Source: Promethearchaeota archaeon
GTDB lineage: Archaea > Asgardarchaeota > Thorarchaeia > Thorarchaeales > Thorarchaeaceae
DNA length: 24,000 nucleotides
Direction of reading: 5' to 3'
Assembly: GCA_048940045.1 (NCBI GenBank)
Contig: JBHLOX010000018.1
Location: forward strand, 148-24,147
Part shown: positions 8,819 through 16,602 of the stretch, piece after piece
Layout of the letters: each line of letters begins with the position of its first letter
How positions within the stretch are numbered: position 1 is the first letter of the stretch
Position numbers and translations under genes: made by a program
Notes under the pieces: model-generated
What the model was told of the DNA's origin: nothing
Databases searched by the model: none
The model's input: only the letters and a program-made list of their open reading frames with translations

Positions 8819-9338
8819 CTAGCACTCCATCCTCATTGATGCCTTCACTCTTCTTGATCATCAGATAAGCATCTTCGCCATCTCGATAATATCCTCTTAA
8901 CACTCGACGAACACTGTACCCCAGTTTTTCGTAAACTCCAATTGCAGCCTCGTTCGTCTTTCTCACTTCAAGATAGAACTCGTTTGCTCCGTAGTCCACC
9001 ATTCCTTTCATTCCAGCATTAATGAGGGCTGTTCCAACTCCTTTGTTTCTTAGAGCATGAATAACAGCGACAGAAACGATGTGTCCCTTCTTCACAGGCA
9101 TACGTCCAAACCCAGAAATCCCTCTCTCAATTCGGCACATTATGTACCCAACAATTTCACCTTCATGTTCTGCGACAAAGAAAGCCTTCGGTGCGTGGTA
9201 GTAGAGCCCCATGAAGAATGGGTCTGGATAGTTTTCTGGTAGACATCTCTTGTTGATTGAAACTACCATATTGATATCATCCGGTTGAAATTGGCGAATT
9301 GTGAAAGGTTCATTCATAGTTGGATAATCGATTTTCAT
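8811..9338 (-). CDS. N-alpha-acetyltransferase, Ard1/RimI-type GNAT
   Basis: LPENYPDPFF, FFVAEHEGEIVGYIMCRIE, the KGHIVSVAV..LRNKGVGTAL acetyl-CoA site, YLEVRKTNEAAIGVYEKLGY and GYYRDGEDAYLM match, from my memory, the archaeal Ard1 sequence pattern. Confidence 0.85.
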   Translation of the reverse strand: MKIDYPTMNEPFTIRQFQPDDINMVVSINKRCLPENYPDPFFMGLYYHAPKAFFVAEHEGEIVGYIMCRIERGISGFGRMPVKKGHIVSVAVIHALRNKGVGTALINAGMKGMVDYGANEFYLEVRKTNEAAIGVYEKLGYSVRRVLRGYYRDGEDAYLMIKKSEGINEDGVLDE

Positions 9339-9416
9339 TCATCTTTTATCCCTTATGCACGCAGATTTGTTGTTGTTTTCTCAAAGCTTATCTTGAAGAT
9401 GGTTTGAACAAACGAC

Positions 9417-9986
9417 ATGTCAATCATACTTGTTGGTGGCTCACCTGGGACTGGAAAGACGATGGTCGCAAAGATACTAGGGAGTAAGTTGAGTATTGAA
9501 GTGATTTCACTTGGAGAACTTGCAGATGAGGCAGGATGTATCACCGCAGAAGACAAGGTACGTAAAACAGGAATCATCAATGAAGATTGTCTTGTGGATG
9601 CACTTATCGATTTGACTAAGGACAAAAGTAAGAGGATGGTCATTGAGGGACATTATATTGATCTTGTACCCTCCTCAACAGTTCAATGGGCATTCATTCT
9701 CAGAACACATCCAGACAAACTCAAAGATCGATTATCCAGCCGAGATTATTCAACAGAGAAGGTTGCAGAAAATGTAGAAGCTGAGGTTATGGGGGTATGC
9801 CAAATGGATGCTCTAGATGCATTTGGCGAAGCTAAGGTTTACGAAGTTGACACAACTGAGCTAAATGCGCCTCAGACTGTCGAGTTGATCGAATCGTTGA
9901 TGAAGAGCGAACCCTCACCAACTCGTATAGATTGGATGTCCGAGTTGGAAGAACAAGGTAGACTTGATGAATTTCTAACTGATTAG
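9417..9986 (+). CDS. Fap7/AK6-type adenylate-kinase-like NTPase (small-subunit ribosome maturation factor)
   Basis: The P-loop is ILVGGSPGTGKTMVAKIL. It is followed by VIEGHYIDL and LRTHPDKLKDRLSSRDYSTEKVAENVEAEV, the pattern of archaeal COG1936 proteins. Confidence 0.75.
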   Translation: MSIILVGGSPGTGKTMVAKILGSKLSIEVISLGELADEAGCITAEDKVRKTGIINEDCLVDALIDLTKDKSKRMVIEGHYIDLVPSSTVQWAFILRTHPDKLKDRLSSRDYSTEKVAENVEAEVMGVCQMDALDAFGEAKVYEVDTTELNAPQTVELIESLMKSEPSPTRIDWMSELEEQGRLDEFLTD

Positions 9987-10618
9987 TCCTCTTTCTCCCT
10001 CATTGCTATAGCAAGAAGAGCAATTACTCCAGCAATTATCATGGAAAGCGGAGTTGGTGATGCATAAATCAATCCCTCTAGACTTGGATCAGCTGTCACA
10101 GCGAACGTGACAAGGAAGTACACCGTTCCTCCAGCCATTGCTAGCAGAGCCGCTGGGATGAAAGCGAGCCATGTTGCTCTAGGATTTCGATAGGAGAAAA
10201 AGCTCAACACAATCATGAATGCTCCAGATATAGTGGGGAATAAATAGAGTATTCCGCCCCACTGAATAAATGCATCAATAAATGTGTTAAAACCAACCTC
10301 TGGAGGAACACCAGGTTCACGGACCATTACTTGCAGGAATTGAGTACAGATTGCCAAAAGTCCCCCTAGTATTAGGATAACGGCAGGCCATCGATAAGTT
10401 AGCATACCCAACTGTCGCTTTCTCAGCTGCTTCCTCAGTTCCTGTGCTTTTTTTTGACGTTCATATTCCCTGCTGACTTCAATCTCTCTCTCCTTCTTAG
10501 TAAGACCATCATCAACCTCGCCATCATCAGCACCTTCGTCAATCGAGTCGATGAGGTCTTCAGCCATATCCTCGGGATTAGAGATGTCTTCGTCCATTCT
10601 TGGTCCTGATGCTTGCAT
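9983..10618 (-). CDS. Hypothetical membrane protein (acidic then basic coiled N-terminal tail + 4 predicted TM helices)
   Basis: 211 aa. The first ~75 aa are highly charged (DEDISNPEDMAEDLIDSIDEGADDGEVDD, then KKEREIEVSREYERQKKAQELRKQLRKRQ) and four hydrophobic segments follow. I recognise no family. The ATG start lies 19 nt downstream of the methyltransferase stop, and the stop overlaps the convergent Fap7 stop. Confidence 0.6.
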   Translation of the reverse strand: MQASGPRMDEDISNPEDMAEDLIDSIDEGADDGEVDDGLTKKEREIEVSREYERQKKAQELRKQLRKRQLGMLTYRWPAVILILGGLLAICTQFLQVMVREPGVPPEVGFNTFIDAFIQWGGILYLFPTISGAFMIVLSFFSYRNPRATWLAFIPAALLAMAGGTVYFLVTFAVTADPSLEGLIYASPTPLSMIIAGVIALLAIAMREKED

Positions 10619-10637
10619 GTGTTCATGTATTTAAGCA

Positions 10638-12593
10638 TCAGTATCTGCGAAGCTTCCTTGTTGCGGGAAAAACACCTAGTTTCTCTAGGTGAATAACGGA
10701 AGGCTCATTGAAGACACCTTTGACCAATTCAACGATTTCTTGGTCTTCAGTAAGTGAAGTAAGATCTGTTACACATCTATTCACCCGCTGTTCAAGACTG
10801 TCATCTCCAAAATATAGAGAATAAATGAGTGCATCTGCGAGTCTTTCAAGGGGTGGAATATAAACACTACCAGAGGTTTCCTCCTCACTTGCATAAAGAC
10901 GACTGAAAAGATCAAAGAGTTCTCCATATATCCGAGGTTGTTTCGGGAGTACAATAGGAAGCTCTTCCATGATTCCTGTGTTCAAACAACAGGTTAGTTG
11001 AGAGTAGTTTGTTAGGTATCGGATGGATATTTGCCTAACAAGTTTCGAATTCAGAATTAGTCCAAGAACACGGAGGTCCGCATTTTCATAGAGAGGTGTG
11101 ATTTTGACAATGCCGCCCCCATGGATTGTCCCCCGAGGTTTCAATATGCATCGGGGATACCTATAGTTCTTTGTTGCAACAAGGTATTCATTTTCAAAAG
11201 AATCTCTAAGCCCTGAGTCCTGCAGGAACCAATCATCAGTATAGAAGACATGTTTACTATTCAAGCTATATCTCTTGACACTCCTTCCGCTAGTTATGTA
11301 GGGCGTCTTGAACTTTGGAGACTGTTTCATCCTCACATGTTCTTTTGGGATATCTCGCCCCCTTCCTGCTAGAAGAAGGTGTTTTTGCCCTCTCTGGAGA
11401 ATCTTGGCTAAGATTTGATCATGATAGATGGGGAAAATCCTACTTTCTCTGAAAACCCTCGAAGACACAGTGTTTGCCTGTTCGAGACCATATCTTCTTG
11501 ATTCAACCTCAATCTCGTACTCGCCTTCAGCTTGGACCTGTTCACAAAATAGACTCACCATCTCAAGGGTTACATCATCAAATGGACTGCCCTCATCAAC
11601 AATTTTCCAGAGCTTTGAAGAGTTCAGAAGAAACTCTCTTGTCTTGGAAAACTGCTTTACTCTTAGGAAGCTATTTGGAACAAGGAATCCGAGTTGACCC
11701 CCATTCTTCATCAACGATGACGTTCTGACAAGGAAATGCGCAGCACTGTTCCATGAGCCATTTCTCCCCCCACCAACATTTTGAGGATATTTCTTGGAAA
11801 TGAATCGTCTCTCGACTTCACCAAGAATGCTACCATAAGGTGGATTGCCAAGTACAATATCAAACCCTGGATTCCTGCTAAGGAATACTTTTGGAAATTC
11901 CAAGCTCCAGTGGAGAGGTTTTACTGCTTCAAGTTTTTTCCTTAGCTTTTCTTGGTTGCTTTGACTAGATTTCGGATAGATGTCAAATATGAGGCCATCT
12001 ATCGTTTGAGCATCATTGTCTAATGGCACCTTCACATAGCCAACAAGGCTGTTTCCATAAAGAATGTTCATTTTGGTATTCGTTGTTTCTCTTCCACTGA
12101 CCCACTCACTGAGTAGCTTCTTGCAAGAGTTGGTTGCATATTGAGCCAAGTCGACGCCGAATAAGCAATCTTCTACAATTGATCGTTTTATTCTACTTTC
12201 AGTTTCCTTGTCACCAAGGTGGATTCGAATATTCCTGAGCAAATCTGCGGCTGCAATGAGAAACGCTCCTTCACCAACTGCGGGATCAAGTATAGTCACG
12301 TGCTTGATTTTTTCAAGTAAGTTGATTTTTGTTTTTGACTTCAACTTCTTTAGGTCTTGTTCATTCTTGATTGTAGTGGCGGCTCTCTCTGACAGCCATC
12401 TGAATAGAGCATCGTGCGATATCAGGTTTGCGAGGGGTCTTGGAGTGTAGTAGGAACCTGTTCCCTTCTTGATAGACTTAGCTGACTCCATGGATTCATC
12501 ATTCACCACTTGATATCTATAGTCTTGACGCATATCACCGCACTTCTCTATCTTACCGTCCTCGTGTATGCAATCTAATCTGTATAGATACAT
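10638..12593 (-). CDS. N6-adenine DNA methyltransferase, gamma class (Eco57I-family catalytic domain + TaqI-C-like target-recognition domain); no nuclease domain
   Basis: Motif X is GSYYTPRPLANLI. Motif I is ILDPAVGEGAFL (12258-12287). The FHW-LEFP-type segment is LHWSLEFPKVF. Motif IV is LGNPPYG (NPPY = 11835-11846). The downstream TRD-like region includes YITSGRSVKRY and GGGIVKITP, and the C-terminal ADALIYSLYFG is typical of this family. Only ~45 aa precede motif X, which leaves no room for an endonuclease domain. Confidence 0.85.
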   Translation of the reverse strand: MYLYRLDCIHEDGKIEKCGDMRQDYRYQVVNDESMESAKSIKKGTGSYYTPRPLANLISHDALFRWLSERAATTIKNEQDLKKLKSKTKINLLEKIKHVTILDPAVGEGAFLIAAADLLRNIRIHLGDKETESRIKRSIVEDCLFGVDLAQYATNSCKKLLSEWVSGRETTNTKMNILYGNSLVGYVKVPLDNDAQTIDGLIFDIYPKSSQSNQEKLRKKLEAVKPLHWSLEFPKVFLSRNPGFDIVLGNPPYGSILGEVERRFISKKYPQNVGGGRNGSWNSAAHFLVRTSSLMKNGGQLGFLVPNSFLRVKQFSKTREFLLNSSKLWKIVDEGSPFDDVTLEMVSLFCEQVQAEGEYEIEVESRRYGLEQANTVSSRVFRESRIFPIYHDQILAKILQRGQKHLLLAGRGRDIPKEHVRMKQSPKFKTPYITSGRSVKRYSLNSKHVFYTDDWFLQDSGLRDSFENEYLVATKNYRYPRCILKPRGTIHGGGIVKITPLYENADLRVLGLILNSKLVRQISIRYLTNYSQLTCCLNTGIMEELPIVLPKQPRIYGELFDLFSRLYASEEETSGSVYIPPLERLADALIYSLYFGDDSLEQRVNRCVTDLTSLTEDQEIVELVKGVFNEPSVIHLEKLGVFPATRKLRRY

Positions 12594-12626
12594 ATAACAA
12601 GAACGGCTTTAGCGCTAATGAAATTC

Positions 12627-12663
12627 AGAAAAAGATACTAGGGGGGACCCAATCGGTCCACCC
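12627..12663 (-). terminator. Hairpin + T5 between the SPFH gene and the methyltransferase gene
   Basis: The stem GGACC (12645-12649) pairs with GGTCC (12655-12659) around the 5-nt loop CAATC. It extends by three G-C pairs across one bulged A. On the minus strand, ctagtatcttttt follows (the T5 is the complement of 12629-12633). Confidence 0.4.
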
Positions 12664-12675
12664 TTTCCAATTTTA

Positions 12676-13554
12676 CTATCCTACTTTAGAACCACAGTTC
12701 GGACAGAACTTTGCGCCTTCCAGAGCAGTGCCGCAATTGGCGCAGAACTTAGCGCCTGCTGGAGTTCCAGCTGGACCTTGTTGTCCGCCCTGCATCTGTT
12801 GGCCCATGGCTCCCATGAAGCCCATTCCTGCGCCGAATCCGGCACCGGGACTCTTACCAAGTGACTCCGCGGCATCCTTCATTGTTTCGGCGCCCATGAG
12901 TTGCTGTCCACTGACTCCACCAGTCTTCATGAAGAAGAGTCTCTCTCTGTACTTCTCTGTGGTGTCAATGCCTTCAAACTTCAAGTCCACTAGCTCTAGA
13001 CCAATCCTCTCAAAGTTCATGCGAACCTTGGTCTTGACCTTGAGAGAGGTTTCGTCAAGCTGTGTAAAGACTGCCTGAAGATCATAGTGTGCGAATTCGT
13101 CAATGATTTGCTCGTTCATGAATGAGCGTAAGAAATCGTTGACCTTCTTTGTTGAGAAGGCGTTCTGATTACTGACGACTTCGTTTGTGAAGATCTTCGG
13201 CTCTTTGACTCTGAACCAGAAGTTTCCGTGGAACATAAGGGGTGCTAAATCACTGGTCTGACCTCGACCACCGAATTTTCCTTGGAATTGTGAGCGGGAA
13301 ATGAAGATGCAAGTAGCTTCAAAGACATCGCCCTTGACTTTCTTCTGTAACCACCCTACAAGACCAGGCATACTGCTTGTGGTCAACTTATGACGGCCAG
13401 CAAGGAAAGTATCCAAAGCCTTGCCATCCCTATAGAAGATAGCGGCCTGGTTTTCCATAACAATCAGCTGCGAACCCCATCTAATCCTATTATCTGGATA
13501 ACGCCAAACAATGTGATCAGGACTGGCGTTAGTCCACTCTATCGCGTCGGCCAT
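12676..13554 (-). CDS. SPFH/Band-7-like protein (PF13421/COG4260 type) with G/M/Q-rich linker and C-terminal double zinc ribbon
   Basis: The N-terminus AIEWTNASPDHIVWRYPDNRIRWGSQLIVMENQAAIFYRDGKALDTFLAGRHKLTT follows the family pattern IeW..d..lvWr.P...i..gsqLiV.e.Q.a.f..dGk. The linker is GAGFGAGMGFMGAMGQQMQGGQQGPAG, and the protein ends FCANCGTALEGAKFCPNCGSKV (12679-12750). Confidence 0.8.
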   Translation of the reverse strand: MADAIEWTNASPDHIVWRYPDNRIRWGSQLIVMENQAAIFYRDGKALDTFLAGRHKLTTSSMPGLVGWLQKKVKGDVFEATCIFISRSQFQGKFGGRGQTSDLAPLMFHGNFWFRVKEPKIFTNEVVSNQNAFSTKKVNDFLRSFMNEQIIDEFAHYDLQAVFTQLDETSLKVKTKVRMNFERIGLELVDLKFEGIDTTEKYRERLFFMKTGGVSGQQLMGAETMKDAAESLGKSPGAGFGAGMGFMGAMGQQMQGGQQGPAGTPAGAKFCANCGTALEGAKFCPNCGSKVG

Positions 13555-13662
13555 GATTCATCGACTCGTAATGTTGTATCGAGTTCTAGGATGGATAGAG
13601 TTCTCATATGTTTTAAACGTTGACATGGCAAATTCTTGAAGCAATCTTTTGCTCCCAAGCGC

Positions 13663-13672
13663 TTAATTATAT
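13663..13672 (+). promoter_or_regulatory. Candidate TATA box for the 13705 gene
   Basis: ttaattatat is centred about 37 nt upstream of the ATG at 13705. Confidence 0.35.
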
Positions 13673-13704
13673 GCGACTCATGAAATTCTTGTGTGTGAGT
13701 CCTG

Positions 13705-14151
13705 ATGAATGAGGAAATGCCTGAGCAAAAACCAGAGAAATCCACAATTCCCAGGTCACGACCATTCAATCCCCTTGGCACATATGCAGTTTATACAGGT
13801 CTTGTTCTTGTTGGTTACATCCTATTCTGGCTGCTAAGCTATCCAGCACTAATTGCATTCACAATGCTTTTTGTGATCATTCTTATTCGCGACACTTATC
13901 ATATTGTGACAACATATGAGCTTCCTTTCGCTAGAAAAGCGGCTGTGGTTAATCTCTGCTACTCGATAATCTTCTTCACGATTCTTGCTGTCAATGGTAT
14001 TGCGATTATGAGTGGTTTGCCTCCTCCAATATGGCCCGAGTTCGCAGAACTAACTCCTTGGTCGCCTCTATTTATTCTGGGTGGAGTATTTGGTATAGCC
14101 AATATCAAGCGAATGTATGGGCCAAAAAGAACCGGATTTCAATATCCATAA
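13705..14151 (+). CDS. Hypothetical small membrane protein (about 4 TM)
   Basis: 148 aa with a charged N-terminus followed by four hydrophobic segments. I recognise no family. It is divergent from the SPFH gene across a 150-nt AT-rich spacer. Confidence 0.55.
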   Translation: MNEEMPEQKPEKSTIPRSRPFNPLGTYAVYTGLVLVGYILFWLLSYPALIAFTMLFVIILIRDTYHIVTTYELPFARKAAVVNLCYSIIFFTILAVNGIAIMSGLPPPIWPEFAELTPWSPLFILGGVFGIANIKRMYGPKRTGFQYP

Positions 14152-14152
14152 T

Positions 14153-14917
14153 TCAAATATCAATGACCATGAGGTCCTCACCAAGCGAAACCTCAGCATC
14201 AGTTCTTCTATTCACTATGTCAATGATCTTGTTTCTGTTAGCTACAACCTCTGGTGGGAGGTGAGTCAATACTAACCGGGATGGATTGATCTTTTCTGCG
14301 ATTTCTGCTAGTTCACTTGGACTCGTATGGACACCTTCAGGATGTGGACCATCAAGCCAGTTACACTCGTGTACCAAAACATCCGTGTCTTTTGCTAAAT
14401 CAATGATGTCCCGACAAGGAGCTGTGTCAGAGGAGAATGTCAGACTCTTCCCATTATGTTCCACCCTGAAGGCACGTGTGTCATAGTTACCATGCAAGGT
14501 TGGACTAGAAACAATAGTAAGATTCCCTCTAGGAACCACATGATTCTCATCGAGTTCAGTAGTTTCGATCAGGATTTTCTCTCTGAGATACTTGAAAGCG
14601 ATATCAAAGACTGCTCTGGACCAATCCCTTACTGTTGGTGGAGCATATAGATTCAATGTCTTATCGTATCCTGATAACCACAAACTTTGACATAGCGGAA
14701 GAAAATCAGCACAGTGGTCTATGTGGAAATGGCTTACGAAGACTGAGTCGATTGTGTTGAAATCAATTTCAAGTTGAGTTAATCGATGAAGAATTCCAGA
14801 ACCAATATCAAGCAGAATTCTATGTTCTCCGTCCTCGACGAGGATACCTGACTGAACACGATTAGGGTCAGGATAGGATGTACCAGTCCCCAACAAAACA
14901 GCTCTCATGTTAATCAT
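14153..14917 (-). CDS. MBL-fold metallo-hydrolase (RNase Z/ElaC-like small form)
   Basis: The metallo-beta-lactamase signature is VSHFHIDHCADF (HxHxDH). The N-terminal LLGTGTSYPDPNRVQSGILVE and later H and D ligands (LVHECNW, LTHL) fit the fold. The ATG at 14908 (MRAVLLGTG) is an alternative start. Confidence 0.8.
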   Translation of the reverse strand: MINMRAVLLGTGTSYPDPNRVQSGILVEDGEHRILLDIGSGILHRLTQLEIDFNTIDSVFVSHFHIDHCADFLPLCQSLWLSGYDKTLNLYAPPTVRDWSRAVFDIAFKYLREKILIETTELDENHVVPRGNLTIVSSPTLHGNYDTRAFRVEHNGKSLTFSSDTAPCRDIIDLAKDTDVLVHECNWLDGPHPEGVHTSPSELAEIAEKINPSRLVLTHLPPEVVANRNKIIDIVNRRTDAEVSLGEDLMVIDI

Positions 14918-15053
14918 GATTGCCTGATGTTTTATGCGTATTCAGTCTTCCTTTCCAGCACAACAGAAAATCAACTAAGATATCCAAAGCCTTTTTCGCG
15001 TTCCCAGTAAGCCATTGTGTAAACCTGTGACAAAGATCAACATTGCAAGCACA

Positions 15054-15062
15054 GATATATAC
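15054..15062 (+). promoter_or_regulatory. Candidate TATA box for the GT-C gene
   Basis: gatatatac lies about 55 nt upstream of the ATG at 15115. Confidence 0.3.
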
Positions 15063-15114
15063 CGGCGGTTGTCATTCGTGCAATTCAAGCAGCCTGTAAT
15101 TGAGGTTCGCGGAA

Positions 15115-16395
15115 ATGGATAATGAAGGTCGTGAGAATTCACAGGATGCCGAACAACCAGTTGATTCTCATGAACCTAAGTTTCTAGAGAAACAATGGAA
15201 CCGCATAAACAACCGGCTTACATCATCAAGGATACCTTTCCTCCTCTTGGGAAGTTTCATAGTACTTGTTGTCGCTAAGATTATACTGATACTCTTTCTC
15301 GATTGGATGATAGTAGACGAAACTGTACCCAATTCATGGCTTTACATAGATCCGTACGATGCTAACGATATTGCTGGAACACCTGAAATTATACTAGGAC
15401 TTGCCAACAGATGGGACTCACAGCACTTTATTGAGATTGCTCGTAACGGGTATCCATCTGGAGAAGAAATCCCTCTTCTCTATGCATTTGCTCCATTTTA
15501 TCCATGGATGATAGCAGTAGTTGGACAGGCTGTGGGTAACCTCTATCTTGCAGGAGTGATTGTTTCTAACACATTCTACTTCCTCTCAATAATCTCGTTC
15601 TATAAAGTAGCGAGATTGTATATGGACTATGAACTGTCATGTCTGATTACAATAGCCTTTGGATTATTGCCTACATATTTTACATATGGTACCCTAGCCT
15701 ATTCTGAAGCTCCTTACCTGTTCTTTGCATCTGCATCTTGGTACTTTTTCAAGAAGAAGCAGTATTTTCTCTGTTCAATTTTCATGACATTTTCAATCCT
15801 CACACGGTATATCTCTCTACTACTGGTACTAGTGTATGGGCTCATAATCCTCTCAAATCTTATCGATCGATACAGGGAAGAGAAGTCACTTCTGAAAGCG
15901 TTCGACCTCAGAATTTTATGGTTCCTCATCCCAGGTGTTTGTCTGATGGTTTTGTTTCTTTATTTCCAATCCCTGACGGGACATTTCTTTGCTGCATTTG
16001 AAGCTCATGCTTGGTTTGGCGATTCTTTGACAACTCCCCTTCATCAGTTTAAATGGTTCTTCGAAGGATACTTCGCGGAAATGAATCCTGGAGTCGATAC
16101 CATTCTTCTCATGCTTCAAAGGTACATGTTCACAATACCATTTCTTGTATTGACACTACTTCTTCTCAAGGACGACGTAGAGCTTGGTTTTTATGGAGTA
16201 TTATTCATGTGGTTCACATTGAGTATGGAGGGCATCTCAGGTATCGCATCACCGCGAATAATGCTCTCTGCTTGGGTTGCAATGTTAGCCTTCAAGGACC
16301 GCATATCATCAGCATTGACAATTGTAATGTCGGTGATGTTCTTCCTTCTTGGGCTCTGGGTTATGCATCAATTTCAGCTTACATTCTTTGCTTGA
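15115..16395 (+). CDS. GT-C-fold integral membrane glycosyltransferase, PIG-V (GPI mannosyltransferase 2)-like
   Basis: It is a polytopic membrane protein. The first lumenal loop carries RWDSQHFIEIARNGY, which matches the WD..hF..IA..GY signature I associate with the PIG-V/GT76 family. The track start at 15100 is a TTG. The ATG at 15115 has GAGGT 9 nt upstream, inside the TTG-extended region, so I prefer the ATG. Confidence 0.55.
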   Translation: MDNEGRENSQDAEQPVDSHEPKFLEKQWNRINNRLTSSRIPFLLLGSFIVLVVAKIILILFLDWMIVDETVPNSWLYIDPYDANDIAGTPEIILGLANRWDSQHFIEIARNGYPSGEEIPLLYAFAPFYPWMIAVVGQAVGNLYLAGVIVSNTFYFLSIISFYKVARLYMDYELSCLITIAFGLLPTYFTYGTLAYSEAPYLFFASASWYFFKKKQYFLCSIFMTFSILTRYISLLLVLVYGLIILSNLIDRYREEKSLLKAFDLRILWFLIPGVCLMVLFLYFQSLTGHFFAAFEAHAWFGDSLTTPLHQFKWFFEGYFAEMNPGVDTILLMLQRYMFTIPFLVLTLLLLKDDVELGFYGVLFMWFTLSMEGISGIASPRIMLSAWVAMLAFKDRISSALTIVMSVMFFLLGLWVMHQFQLTFFA

Positions 16396-16482
16396 TATAG
16401 CCAGGTAATGACAATTGTCCGTTTCTTGATACAAGAATCTAATCAGTGAAAGGCGCCAATAAACCAGAATTTTAGGCTCAGA

Positions 16483-16528
16483 GCGCGTATTTCGCGCAAT
16501 CAAATCGGCTTTTGTCGAATTTTTTTTT
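16483..16528 (+). terminator. GC hairpin and T9 run downstream of the GT-C gene
   Basis: GCGCG (16483-16487) and CGCGC (16493-16497) form a stem with loop TATTT. An uninterrupted run of nine T follows at 16520-16528. Oligo-T is the canonical archaeal termination signal. Confidence 0.45.
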
Positions 16529-16544
16529 ACGAAATCAACACCGA

Positions 16545-16552
16545 TTTATACT
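16545..16552 (+). promoter_or_regulatory. Candidate TATA box for the 8-TM membrane protein gene
   Basis: tttatact lies about 55 nt upstream of the ATG at 16603 and downstream of the T9 run. Confidence 0.35.
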
Positions 16553-16602
16553 ATTAGAACCCCTTTGCCAACACTGCGTGAGCCTTCGGGCCAAGGAGAG
16601 AA

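Noticed and set aside
9983-9986. Three convergent gene pairs end within 0-10 nt of each other: Fap7 and the membrane protein overlap by 4 nt, 14151/14153 abut, and 1609/1620 are 10 nt apart. I considered these as possible antisense-regulation sites.
   Set aside because: Such compaction is ordinary in small archaeal genomes. No additional structure or conserved element is visible at these junctions.
10448-10455. A T8 homopolymer (A8 on the coding strand) lies inside the 211-aa membrane-protein gene. I considered it as a possible slippage or phase-variation site.
   Set aside because: The run encodes in-frame Lys-Lys within a lysine-rich coiled segment, and the reading frame is intact on both sides. 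There is no evidence of frameshifting.
10638-12593. I considered treating the methyltransferase gene as a clear-cut compositional island or mobile cassette.
   Set aside because: It is more AT-rich than its immediate neighbours by hand count. However, other genes in the window (GT-C, 8-TM, peptidase) are similarly AT-rich. I found no flanking direct repeats, integrase or tRNA target. It is kept only as a weak hint in the findings.
12728-13078. A 116-codon proline-rich + strand ORF, and a 64-codon minus-strand ORF (12681-12875), overlap the 3' part of the SPFH gene.
   Set aside because: Both lie in the GC-rich Gly/Met/Gln linker region, where alternative frames are stop-poor by composition. 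The products are low-complexity with no start signals.
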